From the human T2T-CHM13v2.0 reference genome, Homo sapiens, in assembly GCF_009914755.1 (NCBI RefSeq), contig NC_060929.1: a stretch of DNA of 64,000 bases; one strand, given 5' to 3'. The notes beneath the pieces are model-generated. The model had not been told where the DNA came from. It saw nothing but the letters and a program-made list of their open reading frames with translations, and did not search any database. Position numbers and translations under genes: made by a program. Below, piece by piece: positions 42,660 through 56,815 of the stretch. Each line of letters starts with the position of its first letter. Within the stretch, counting starts at the first letter, position 1.

Positions 42660-45600
42660 TCAAAAATACACAGAGAATAAGTAGAAATGAAAATCAAAAC
42701 AGGATATTACCACATATATATTCAAAAAATTCAGACTTTTTAATGCAAATTTTTAAATGCTTTTATTAAACAGATCATTTTAGGTCAAAGCAGAAATTCA
42801 AACTGTAAGTGTTATATTTCTCTAAGCCAGGGATAATGAAAACACAGTGTATTTAGACAAAATTCATTCAGAAAAAAACCTGTAGCTTGAAATCTTAGAT
42901 CAATATAAAGCAAAATGTAAAAAATAATTTTAAAATTTCATAATTTCAATAACAAACAGAAAAAACAAACCAAAGAAAAGACAAAAGATTTAATGAAGAA
43001 TGAGGAAGAAATTAAAGACCTAGAAAAAAGTAAAGTGAATACATTATAAAGCTTGTCCTTTGAAAATTCTGCAAAATAGTTCTATCACAAGCTAATCTAG
43101 GCAGCCTTAAAGGGGAAGGGTATACAAACACACACATCATTCATAAAAATGAGAAGAGAAAATTAATCAAGAAAATAGAGGAAATTAAAAAAATTATCAG
43201 ATATTTTGCACAGCTATATGCAAAAAATAGATAATTTTTAGAAAAATATAAATTTTATAATATTGAACAAGAGACAAAATGTATATGGGAAAAATATCTA
43301 GAATAAATAAAAAATATTTTTCAAATACTACTATCCTTAGAACAGGCTTCCTTCTCCATGTGCCTGGCTCATTTATATTTACTAGATTATAATATACACT
43401 ATCAAAGTGTAAGAGAAGATTTTATCAGTGCTATTAAGAATTCCAGATCTTGTTGAAAGACATAGACAGAGAAAGATAAATATTTAAAAGCTTTATAAGA
43501 AGTGAATGTGCTATTTATACAAACTCTGTTAACTGGTTCTTAAAAATCTGTAAGTACATCTCACTTACATGTAGATGAAACAATACAGCATGATATTAAA
43601 GTGGGATTTAGTCTGGGAACAAAAGGATAACTCAACATTTGAAAATGTTTTAATATAATTTATCACAATAAGAGATCCCAGGAGGAAAAAAAAATCACAT
43701 AAATATTACCTAATATACTGAAAATTCACTTGGCAATATCCAAAACTGTTGAGTCATAACTATTACATCAATATAAGTTAATGAAAATTCTTTTAAATCA
43801 TTATTTCATATATCTATATCTGTAACATATATATGTATATGCATGTATACCCAAATATATATGTATATCTCAAAATCAAGTTTTCTTATCAATAAAGGAT
43901 TATTTGAGATAGGCTTTCAAAAGTAATGTATTCATGACTATAATGGAAGTGTTAGAGAATGCAATAAACAACTTATAGATATTAAAGTTGCAATTATAGA
44001 ATTAGAAAAACATAAAATTAGATCTCTTTTAGATCATATGAAAATAAAAGTGGAAGTTCTATAAGATCAAATTAAAATGACAAGAAATGTTTTATTAGTG
44101 AGATATAAAACAAATATAACAGCATCAATAAACTATATAAATATGTTATTTTCACATATATGATTTTTATATATCATATATACATATATAGATAAAATAT
44201 AAACAATAGATTTTACATATAAATATGAATAGACTTTACAAACGTGTGAGTGCACATACATGCACAGATATACACATGCATGCAAGCAAGAACTGGCTTT
44301 AAAGTATAAAGGAGATCTATGTTACATCATCAATATTAACAAGAACAAGTAAAAACTACAAAATATATGTAAAATGTATATAAAGAAATGGTCTATAACA
44401 TAATTTAAAATTAGTCAAATATAAATGAATGAATTAAATTTTAATTTAATTTAATTTAATTTATTTCATGAATTTAATTTGAATTCATTCATTTAAATTA
44501 ATTTAATTTAAATTAAATCTAATTTAATTAATCTCTGTTTTTGTAAGTAGACAAGCTGACACCGACACATGCAGAAGTGAACAAGGAAAACTTTCTAGAA
44601 ATTTTCTAGCACAAAAAAAATGTTAAGTGGTTGGTGGGAAGTATTAGAACTTCAATAATTAAAACATGGTATAATTTACCAATATTTAAGCCATTATGAT
44701 ATTGAAACATGAACAGAGTACATGTCTATTTCATATAATACAATTAATACATATATTTTTAAATGTATATATTCATAAATAGACAATTTATATAAGACAA
44801 AGAAAGCATTTAAAATCAGTGAGTTTATAAAATGACTTCCTAGTAAAAGATATTGAGATAACTGGAAGGTAATTTAGATTCAGAATTTTTCTTTCTACAT
44901 TATAAGATAAATGTCAAATAGTTAAGAACTTACTTGTAAAACATTAAACCATAAAGTATAAAAAGTATTGCAACATTTTTACAATAATGAAATATGTAAT
45001 ATCTGTTTCAATGTAGAAGCTGTTAAAAACATCACAAGCAAAAAAGAGATAGGTAAAAATAACAAACTAGAAAAATATTTGCAATTCATACTACAAATAA
45101 AGGAGAATATTCCCACATTGCACAGAACACCTACAATTCAGAAGAAAATGACCAACATGCTGATTTAAAAATAATGGGCTGAAGGCACAGGAAAGCAGAA
45201 AAAGTAGCAACAGCATTGATATATATGAAAAAGTGGTCAAGTTGCCTCATGGTAAGATAAATGCAAGTAAAACCCAGCAATTCACACCTGTAACAATCTA
45301 GGGAGACAGCATTTTAATGCGTTCATTGTGTGGGTAGAAAATAGAACAGCATTTATTGAGGAATATCTGGCAGTACCTGACAAAATTATGAATTTTGGAA
45401 TTCTATTTCAGAAATACAGCAGTATAAATATAGAATAAATCTTATGCAGGCACAATTATTGTAGAAGTGTTTATGATAGAAAAATGCAATAAAGATTCCA
45501 TGTGCTCATTAATAGAAAATGGGTTATAGTCCTCTAAAAGAAAAAAAAGGCAGAAAAAAATGAATATAAGAATTTATTTTTACTAGGAAAAACTCACCAG

Positions 45601-45660
45601 GATATGTTGATAAACTGAAAGATCAGCTTCTAAATATTATATATAGTGTTCTCCTTTATT
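42660..45660 (+). mobile_element. Ancient L1 (L1M/ME-like) remnants, very AT-rich
   Basis: Scattered ORF2 and 3'UTR-like motifs (gtgggatttagtctgggaa; agaaaaatatttgcaattcata; atgtgctcattaatagaaaatgg). Confidence 0.55.
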
Positions 45661-47158
45661 CCAAAAGGTATACAGATAAAAATATAATTTCATTTGCTTA
45701 AAATATTTGAGAAAAATAAAGAAAATAATAAATAACATACACATGACAGTGATTTGGCAGAGACAGGAAGAGGGAAAGTCAAGGACATAACTTCTCTGCT
45801 TATGCTGCTTTTTATATTACAATGTAAATTGTGCTTATGTTCGAGAAAGCGTATTTTGCATTTTAGAAAAATACTCCAAATAAACAGATGGTCCAACAAT
45901 GAGAGAGATATTTATGGGAATCTAGTATGATTCAGGTAATGCTTTAAAGGCTTAGGACATGGTGATGAATAATGGGGAGAAAAAAATTGGGTCCTTTGGA
46001 ACCAGGGCATTATTATAACTCATTTATGGTCTCCCCATGCTACCAGAAATTTTTCTATCAATATTCTTTAATCTTTTTTCTAGAATTGGTAAAGAAAAAA
46101 GAAGTAAAAGAACCACCTTAAAGCTAGTTACTCAATCTGACAAAATGTTTTGGGGTGCTGAATTTAGTAATTATCTATATGGGTTATTTAATGTAATTTT
46201 TTGCTAATCTAGATAAAACAAAGATTGCTATATTTGCTCTTTATTCAATAATGTTCTCTTTTCCCCTGGTTATTTCTCAGCTTTGGAAATTTGCATTGAT
46301 AAGAATCAGAATGCTTTCTCAGTGACACATTATGCACCTGACAAAATTCAATGGAGGGTGATGATTCTTAATTTTAATGACAGGCTTTCTACTTTCCATG
46401 GACTACGCATAAATCTTTAATTAAGAGTTATGAGGCAACACAGGGAGCACAACAAATCCTCCATTTGGTTTGTGAAATTTAAACTGAGTAAAAAATCTGC
46501 TAGTAAAAGAGATGCTCCAAAGAGATAATATAAATATATACTTTAAGTAGGTATAAAAATAGAAATAATGATACAAATTATAAACTGATCAGTATTTAAA
46601 TATGTTTGTTTTATTAAATACAGATGACAATCTCAGTCTTTAATAAATTTTAAAAAATTAATGCACTTACTCAAAATATTAATAGCATAGCCTTAAAAAA
46701 ATTAAGGAAACATGATTCCTAACTTCAGCTAGATTTCGGACAACTGGAATGTGATTATGCACATTGTTCTTTACTTGCAACCCTTAAATGAGTCCTTAAG
46801 ATATGAGAAACATACAATCGTCTTCTTAGCCTCAAGAAATAATTTTCTTCTTCATAACATTTTTCAATCAGAAAGGTATATGTGTGTAGAGAGGTTGATG
46901 TGGTATTTTTTTGTAAATAAACAAGCTGGCCAGAGGAAAAAACAATAGATGTGGCAAAGAAGAGTCAAAGATTTGTTGTTTTAACTTACCATCTTTCATA
47001 ATCTACATGTCAAATAACATGGACCCAGGACATATGCTTGTTTCACATGACATATGCTTGTTCATTGGGGGGATTTTTAGTAACGGATTATTCAACATGT
47101 TAATAGGGCCCAACACATTAGCCTTACATACAAGATATATTATAACACATAAGTAAGC

Positions 47159-48590
47159 TGTATTAGTCTGTTCTTGCATTGCTATAAAGAACTACTTGAG
47201 ATGGGGCAATTTATAAAGAAAAGAAGTTTAATTGACTCACAGTTCAAGGCACGTTTTACATGGCTGAAGCAGGAGGAAGAGGCAAAAGGTAAAGTGTTAC
47301 AGACTTTCAAACAACCAGATCTCAGGAGAACTCACTCACTATTATGAGAACAGCAAGGGAGAAATCCATCCCCATAATCCAATCACCTCCCAGAAGGCTT
47401 CTCCTCCAACACTGGGGAATAAAACTTGACATGAGATTTGAGTGGGAAACAAATCTAAACCATATCATCCTGACCCTAGCCCCTCTCAAATCTCACGTCC
47501 TTCTCACATTGCAAAATACATTTATCCCTTCTGAACAGTCCTCCAAGTCTTATCCCAGTTCAGCATTAACTCAAAACTCCACAATCCAGAATCTCATCTG
47601 AAGCAAGGAAAGTTTCTTCCACCTATGAGCCTGTAAAATCAATAACAAATTACTTCCTTCCAAGATACAATGGGGTTACAAGCATTGGGTAAATACACCC
47701 ATTCCAAAGGAGAGAAATCAGCCAAACAAAATGGATACAGGCTCCATGCAAGTCTGAAAACTAGCAGAGCAGTAATTAAATCTTAAAACTCCAAAATGAT
47801 CTCCTTTGACTCCATGTTTCACACCCGGCCACAGTGATATAAGGGTGAGATTCCAAACCTTGGGCAGCTCTGCCCCTTGGGCTCTGCAGGGTATAGCTTC
47901 CTCAGCTGCTTTTACGGGCTGACATTGACTGCCTGTGGCTTTCCCAGGCACATTATGCAAGCTGATGATGAATCTACCATTCTGGGATCTGGCAGATGGT
48001 GGCCTACTTCTGACAGCTCCACTAGTCAGTGCCGCATTGGGGATTCTGTGTGGTGGCTCCATCCCCACAATTCCCCTCTGAACTGCTGAAGTAGGTTCTT
48101 AATGAAGGCTCTACCCCTGCAGTAGACTTCTGCCTGGACATCCAGGCATTTCCATACATCTTCTGAAACCTAAGCAGAGGCTCCCAAGCTTCAACTCTTT
48201 CCCTCTCTGCACCTATAGGCTTAGCACCACCTGGAAGCCACCAAGGCTTATTGTTTACATCTTCTGGAGCTTCAGGCTGAGATGTATCTGGGGCCTTTTA
48301 GTAATGACTAAAGTTGGAGTGCCTGGGCTGTAGGGCACATGTTCTGGGGCTTCACAGAACAGTGGGACCCTGGACCCATGAAATCTTTCCTCCTTCCTAG
48401 GCCTCCAGGCCTCTAATGGGAGGAGCTGCCATGAAGGTCTCTAAAATGCCCGTTTTCTCCATTATCTTTGTTATCAACATTTGGCTACTTTTTACTTACA
48501 CAGATTTCAGCATCTGGCTTGAATTCTTCTGCAGAAATTTATTTTTTTTCCTACCACTTTGCCAGACTGCACATATTCCAAACTTTGCAC
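47159..48590 (-). mobile_element. MST LTR (47159-47467) plus MST internal sequence, truncated against an L1 ORF2 fragment (48590-49230, - strand)
   Basis: tgtattagtctgttcttgcattgc...aaaccatatca followed by MaLR-int; ORF 48882-49097 is L1 ORF2 ([17 protein letters not shown]). Confidence 0.85.
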
Positions 48591-50553
48591 TCTGTGTTGA
48601 GGTATGTTTATTCTATAACTAATTTATTGAGAGTTTTTTTCATGAATAGGTCTTGCACTTTATCAAATGCTCTTCATGCTTCTATTGAGATGATCTTATG
48701 GCATTTGTCCTTTATTCTTTTGACATGGTGTATCATATTTATTTATTTGTGTATATTGAAGAATCCTTGCATCCCTAGAATAAATTATCTTGATCCTGGT
48801 GTATTGTCTTGTTGATGTGCTGTTGAATTTTGTTTACTAGTATCTTGTTAAGGATGTTTACTTCTATGTTAATCATGGATATTAGCCTTTAGCTTTTGTT
48901 GTTTTTGTGTCCTTGTTTAGTTTTGGTATCAGGATAATGCTGGCCTCATGGGATGAATTAGGAAGAATTCCCTCCTCTTCAATATTTTTGAATAGTTTGA
49001 GGATTGGTGTTAGTTCTTTAAAAGTTTGATAGAATTCAGAAGTAAAGCCATCAGGTCCTGGGCTTTTTTTTGTTGGGAGACTTTTTATTACTGACACAAA
49101 CTTGTTACAACTTATTCATCTATTCAGGTTTGTTATTTCTTCTTGGTTCATTTTTGGCAGGTTGAATGTGTGTAGAAACTTACCCATTTTCTTCAGGCTT
49201 TTTGATTTGTTGGCATATGGTTGTTTATAACCAAGTGTACAGTTTCTGACATTCATAAGCTGTGGTTATGCATATTATACTGCCAGTCAAAACACTACTT
49301 GTAATACAACTGAGAATAAAATTTATATGTACCCGTATGGTCTATCTCCCACTTGCATTTTTATCTTCATCTTTTTTTACATTTTCCATGACATTGGTGC
49401 CATGTGAAATACATTCACCTTCTCTCCCTCTTCCCATCAGACTGATTTTACCCTGTAGGCTAGTGTATTGTCATCTTTCAGACCCTGGTTCTAATGTTGC
49501 TTCCTGTACCCTTTATCCTGCCCCACTAGCACAGGATCCTTCAGTTATGAACTTTTAGCACAATACACATTCTTCCTTCATAGAATTTAACATAAATTTA
49601 TTTGGGTAACAGTTTGATTGAGAATGTAGTATTAAGTAAAATACAAGCACTATAAGTAAAAGAGAAACCGTAACTTAGTTGCCCGTTTTATATCCAAACC
49701 AAAACCAGTGCCTGGTACATAGTTGCCTTCAGTAAATATTTGGGAAATATATGGCTGAATTCTTGACAAGCTTTAAATAAATAAATGGTCCCTGTCTTCC
49801 TCTATGTGCAACTATGTACTAAAAGACTTACTATGCAAGTGTTTAAAATAAATAATGCTTATGTATGTCTTTTAAAATTTGTTTTGAAGAAACATCATCT
49901 TAGTGAATAGCTATGATGGAAAATGTGAATTATACTTGATTACACCTTCCTCTTCAAATTCCATACCTAATTGGTCTCCAAGTTCTTTTGATTCTTCTAT
50001 CTTACATCTTTTGATGTGACCCTCCAAACTCACCCGTAATTATTCATCCTTTGGTGGCTTCATTCATGCCTTAGTTAGGGCAGTGATAATTTTATTTCCT
50101 GAAGGTACTCAAGATGCCCCCCAGTATACCATTTGCAATTTCAACTTTTTAATATTTAGGTCTGAGAGTATAATTTTCTCCTCCTTTTTAGAAGAAAATT
50201 CCAGCTTTGGCTGGCAGGAAGGTTTCGAAGCTGATGACCAAAAGGATATTTAATCATGTCTTCATATGCTCTTTGGTCGCCTGAGTATACGACAGGGAAA
50301 GAGATAAAAAAAAGAACGGTCTTGAATCTCCCTTCTGTGTATTGTCTATTCTTTATTTCAAGTGGAACCTGATAAGGTCATTAGTGTGGCTTTGTTTTTG
50401 CAGGAGGATTAATCCTTCTAGGACACACACTAATTGGTCATAAGGAAAAGCAGATATTCTAGTTATCTCATTGATGTTTTTCATGGTGAGTTGTAGGAGA
50501 AATAAACCAGAAGTTTACTGATATAAAACAAAGTTACATAAAAGCAGTATGTG

Positions 50554-50850
<297 letters not shown>

Positions 50851-51490
50851 AAAAGCAATATGCAAAGTAAGTTTGCCACACTGTTATTGATTGCACAAAT
50901 TGCACACATTTCTTTAAAGTTCAGCAAGACATTTTCAAACATTATTGAAATTTGAGGTAAAGCTTTTGAATCTTTAGAACTTGAATCTCACATATAAGGT
51001 AATAGCAGTTTTGTTTAACACGTTAAAAAGCATGGTTACTATTCATTTGGAAAAATAAAGATAAAATTAGCAAACTAAAAAGTACAAATACCAATTTATT
51101 GAAGTATGTCTTTTCATCTACTAAATTGTGCATTAAGAAATAAGATAATTTATCCTTTATTTTTCATCTCCCCAATGGTCCTTAAAATAATGCTTTATTA
51201 ATGCAGGTTTTTACAAAATTGGCATACGGTTTGCACTTAAAGAGACTGATATGAAACCACTATCCTCTAACACTTTATAAAATCCTGGAGAAAGTATGGA
51301 TTTTCATTTGCTTCAGGTTTTATTCATCTTAAACTTACAACTAACTCTTTTAAAGTATGGTCTATAATTGTAGCTGTATAGATTCCCCCACTGACATGGC
51401 AAGAGATAAAAATGTTTATTTTTTTTTAACAAAGAAACACACACATACATACTTGAAGCAATGAAAGATAACACATTTCTCTTATGCTTG

Positions 51491-51825
51491 TGATATGGTT
51501 TGGATTGGTGTCCCTGCCCAAATCTCATGTCGTATTGTAATCCCGTATGTTGAAGGAGGGATCTGTTGGCAGGTAATTACATCATGGTGGTAAATTCTCT
51601 CTTGCTGTCCTTGTGATAATAAGTTCCCATTAGATCTGGTTGTTTAAAAATGGGTAGAACTTGTGCCTTCACCCTCTTCCTCCTGCTCCAGCCATGTAAG
51701 ACGTGCCTCCTTCCTCTTTGCCTTTCACCGTGATTGTAAATTTCCTGAGGCCTCCCAAGCCATGCTTTCTGGACAGCCTGCAGAACCATGAGCCAATTAA
51801 ACCTCTTTTCTTTATAAATTACCCA
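51491..51825 (+). mobile_element. MSTA-like LTR, 3' end missing
   Basis: tgatatggtttggat...ttataaattaccca then an abrupt switch to L1 sequence. Confidence 0.8.
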
Positions 51826-53617
<1,792 letters not shown>

Positions 53618-54017
53618 TGATATGGTTTGGATTTGTGTCCCTGTCCAAATCTTATGTTGAAATGTAATCGCCAGTGTTGGAGGTGGGGCCTGGTGGGAGG
53701 CCTGTGAAGTTTGTCACAGGACAAACTTCTTATGAATGGTTTAGCACCATCCCTCTTTGGAACTGTATAGTGAGATCTGGTTGTTTAAAAGTGTATAGCA
53801 CCTCCCCGCCTTTCTCTCTTCCTCCTGCTCTGGCCACGTGAAGTGCTGACTCCCCTTTCACCTTCTGCCATGAGTGTAAGTCTCCCAAGAAGCCAAGCAG
53901 GTGCCAGCATCATGCTTCCTGTACAGCCTGCCGAACAATAAGCCAATTAAATCTATTTTCATTAGAAATTACAGTCTTAGGTATTTCTTTATAGCAGTGC
54001 GAGAACGGACTAATAGA
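53618..54017 (+). mobile_element. MSTB-like LTR with no detectable TSD
   Basis: tgatatggtttggatttgtgtcc...gagaacggactaataga; flanks tggaa / gatgc differ. Confidence 0.85.
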
Positions 54018-54957
54018 GATGCCAATCCCCCAGGCTCCGTATCTCCTTGCAGGAGACTCTGGCATTAGCTGACCTCTGACCCAGGAGACAGCAGGGGCAG
54101 CTTCCCTGTGGGACTTGGGTGCCTCTGTTCTGAAAGTCCTCCTGCCCACTGGCCCCTCCCAGGGCCCATGCCTAGCCACTCTGCAAGAGCAGGTGCACAC
54201 ACAGTGCAGCCTCTGCAGCCCAGCCTGAGTGCATCGCTCCACCTGAGTACCTTACCCGTGACCCAGGAGTACATTGGATTCCCCAGCACAGCGAGAGCCC
54301 AACCTCAAGCCATACTTCTTGGTGTCCCCAGGGCTGTGGCACGTAGCTAGGGATACCGGGGGCGGGGGGGAGATCTGTGGCTAGCACTTGAACGGGGGAG
54401 GAGCCCCCACTCTCAGAGCACTGAGAGAGGTGAGACATTTGGGACACTGGGCAGCGAGGGAGCGAGGCATGCCTCCCTCCAGAGGGCCAGTCCAGAAAAG
54501 GGGCGACCTATGCAGCCTCTGCCCGAGGGAGCCCCGCAGCCCAGAACACCTAACAAAAGCAACGCAGGCAGCCACCAGTGATTACAGGAGGCTCCCCCAA
54601 GACCTAGGAGCTGGTAAAGGGCTATTGCTCTCCCGTCTCACCGCAAAGCACGCCTGCGAACGCAAAGTACAAAAGAGCCTTGCTACCGGAGATAGCAGCC
54701 GTGCCTCTTAAGCACCATCTATTGGATCACGGCCCTAACTACAACACCAAAATTGGCCAGCTAATACAACATCTGTGAAACCAAGCACAATTCACCCACA
54801 CGTAAGGGTCCTGTACAGAACCCTGGCCCTCTGAAGCATCCAGAAACGAAGCCAGCTGACAATACCCAACTTACACCACAGTTAAAGGAACACCAACCCT
54901 CCCAGATGAGAATCAGTGCAAGAACTCTGGCAATTCAAAAAGACACAGTGTCCCCTT
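54018..54957 (+). mobile_element. Old L1 (L1PB/L1M-like) 5'UTR and ORF1-start fragment directly upstream of the PRDM9 promoter
   Basis: cagatgagaatcagtgcaagaactctggcaattcaaaaagacacagtgtc resembles the ORF1 start of the L1 at ~39170-39220 (- strand); the preceding catccagaaacgaagccagctgac...caccacagttaaa parallels ~39310-39360. Confidence 0.65.
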
Positions 54958-54959
54958 GG

Positions 54960-55330
54960 AAGACCCAGGCCTGCGGAGGGACGTGAGGAGCAGCCCCGAC
55001 GCCCGACTCAGTCGCAAACACCGGAGTTGGGGAAAACCAAGTAATAAAACCCTCGAAACTGCGCCTGCGCGCCGGAGGGTTACACGCAATCCCCTCTGGG
55101 AGGGGAGGGACCTTCCTCAGGGGCGGGAAGAGCCAGGCCCCTCCCCCACCTCCTGAGCCCCAAACCGGGTTGTGCCCGTGACTGACAGGCAAGGCTCCGC
55201 CCTACTCCCCGCCCATTTAGCGCCTCCTGACTGCCGAATGGCGGGCTCGCCTTGGTCTCCGTGCTGATTGGCTGGCAGCTGTACAGCCTGGCACTTCGCC
55301 CTCCACCACATCTCACCTCCTGAGGGACTC
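54960..55330 (+). promoter_or_regulatory. CpG-rich TATA-less promoter of PRDM9
   Basis: Highest CpG density in the window. NRF1-like TGCGCCTGCGCG 55060-71; GC boxes GGCTCCGCCC 55193-202 and CCCCGCCC 55207-14; YY1/E2F-like AATGGCGGG ~55237-45; inverted CCAAT CTGATTGGCTG 55264-74. Confidence 0.8.
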
Positions 55331-55425
55331 TGAGAGAACGCCCGGCCAGGGTGAACGCCGCGGCAGGAGAGCACGGGAGACTGTGAAGAGCATGGGGAGC
55401 CTTTGTCGTGCAGCGTGAAACCCTT
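55328..55425 (+). other. PRDM9: Probable non-coding first exon (5'UTR) of PRDM9; TSS approximate
   Basis: Lies just downstream of the CCAAT/GC boxes and is CpG-containing. It ends at a weak candidate donor CTT|GTAAAC (GT at 55426), where composition switches to the C-rich repeat. The downstream exon has an acceptor 5' of its ATG, so an upstream exon is required. Confidence 0.65.
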
Positions 55426-55439
55426 GTAAACCCTCATCC

Positions 55440-56165
55440 CGAGACCTTCAAATTTTAGCTTGGGAGACCCCAGATCCCCTCACCCTGGGAAGCTCCAAAT
55501 CCTCTCAGCCTCAAGAGACCCCAAATCCTGCCACCTTGAGGGATTTAAAATCCCCTCAGCATGAAACCCCCAAAGTACCTCAGCTTCAGAGACTCCAAAT
55601 CCCTTCACCCAGAGGAACAGCGAATCTCCTAATGCTTAGAGCACCAAATATTCTGAGCCTGAGAAGCCGCAATTCCCCTCACCCTAAGGCAACCCAAATC
55701 CCTCAGCCTGAGGAACCCTAAATATCTCACCCACAGACAGACCAAATTTCCCCAACCTCAGATAACCTAAATAGCCTGAAAACTCAATCCCTTCAGCTTC
55801 AAGGACCAAATAACCTCAGTGTCAAAGACCCTAAAACCCCTTAATGAGAGATCCAAATCTCCTTTACCTGAGACCCAGAATTTCCTCAGCCTCAAAGATC
55901 TCAAATCCTTTCATCCTGAGGAACCCCAAATCCCCTTAACCTGATGAATCTCAAATCCTGTCAGCTTGAGCACTCCAAATCTCTTCAGCTTAAAAGACCC
56001 CAAATCTCATCCTGAAAAAACCACAGATACTATCAGCCTGAGGGATACCAAAGCTCCTCAGCTCGAGATACCCCAAATTTCCTCAACCTGAAAAACCCCA
56101 ATTTCTTCAGTCTAAGACATCTCAAATCCCCTCAGCCTGAGGGACCCCAAATCTCAACCTGAGAA
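55440..56165 (+). repeat. Degenerate ~25-bp tandem array (about 28-30 units), approximate consensus CCCCAAATCCCCTCAGCCTGAGGGA, in PRDM9 intron 1
   Basis: CAAAT...TCA.CCTGA recurs at ~25-nt spacing, e.g. ctccaaatcctctcagcctcaagaga, cccaaatccctcagcctgagga, ctcaaatcccctcagcctgagggac. Confidence 0.85.
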
Positions 56166-56746
56166 ATAGCTTCCCCTTAGAGATGCAGACTGCTTTACTC
56201 CTGGATTTTTCTAGAATCCTCAGGTAGAGGTCCCCAAATCCTGTCTATGCGAAATGTTCATTTTGTCTCGCTGAAACAGAACTCTGCCCCTCAGTCTGAC
56301 CCAAGTCTCAGCAGTCGGGGGGCCTCAAGGTCTCCTTGGGACTCCTCTGGCTCTCACACCTCAGGACTCCCCTCAAACACCGGTAGCTACAACCCTCCAG
56401 GCACCTGTGCCACCCTTCTCCAAATGAGCCTAGCTGCAGGGGAACTAAAAGAACAAAATCCAGCTTACATTAGGTGGTAGCTCATGGCCAGTGGAGGCCT
56501 TCCCATCCCATCAGTACCCTCAAATCTCCCTGGGGTGCTCGAGACCTCACCAGGAATCCACATCTTCCTGCTCTGAACACCCAGCCAGATGGAGAAGACA
56601 GAGCCTGGTTCTGGGTAGTGCTCAGGGCTGTTGCCCCCTCTCAGCACCTTCTCCTTCCACAGGAGCCTTTGGCCTAGGAGCTGGGAGACTCAGGGCCCTT
56701 CTCACACTCAGAATTGGAGCAGGGCCTTCTAGACAGTCCCAGCACC

Positions 56747-56815
56747 ATGAGCCCTGAAAAGTCCCAAGAGGAGAGCCCAGAAGAAGACACAGAGAGAACA
56801 GAGCGGAAGCCCATG
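56747..56815 (+). CDS. PRDM9: PRDM9 first coding exon, codons 1-23 (MSPEKSQEESPEEDTERTERKPM); the exon starts at 56663 with 84 nt of 5'UTR
   Basis: Acceptor ctccttccacAG at 56661-62; ATG at 56747 in context cACCATGa; donor ATG|GTGAGA at 56816. The peptide is recognised as the PRDM9 N-terminus (PRDM7 as recalled reads MSPERSQEESPEGDT). Confidence 0.96.

Noticed and set aside
47029-47063. Short tandem duplication gacatatgcttgtt (similar ones at 4653-4685 and ~14487-14538)
   Set aside because: Ordinary slippage duplications with no further signal.
55140-55152. Near-match to the PRDM9 13-mer (CCTCCCCCACCTC) in its own promoter, suggesting autoregulation
   Set aside because: Mismatch at the key T; such matches are common in GC-rich promoters.
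53910-55437. Many overlapping ORFs upstream of PRDM9
   Set aside because: GC-rich TE and promoter sequence; no recognisable domain or splice structure.
55440-56165. CRISPR-like or zinc-finger-coding interpretation of the periodic array
   Set aside because: Eukaryotic context, no unique spacers or cas genes; the period is ~25 bp rather than 84 bp and there is no C2H2 reading frame.
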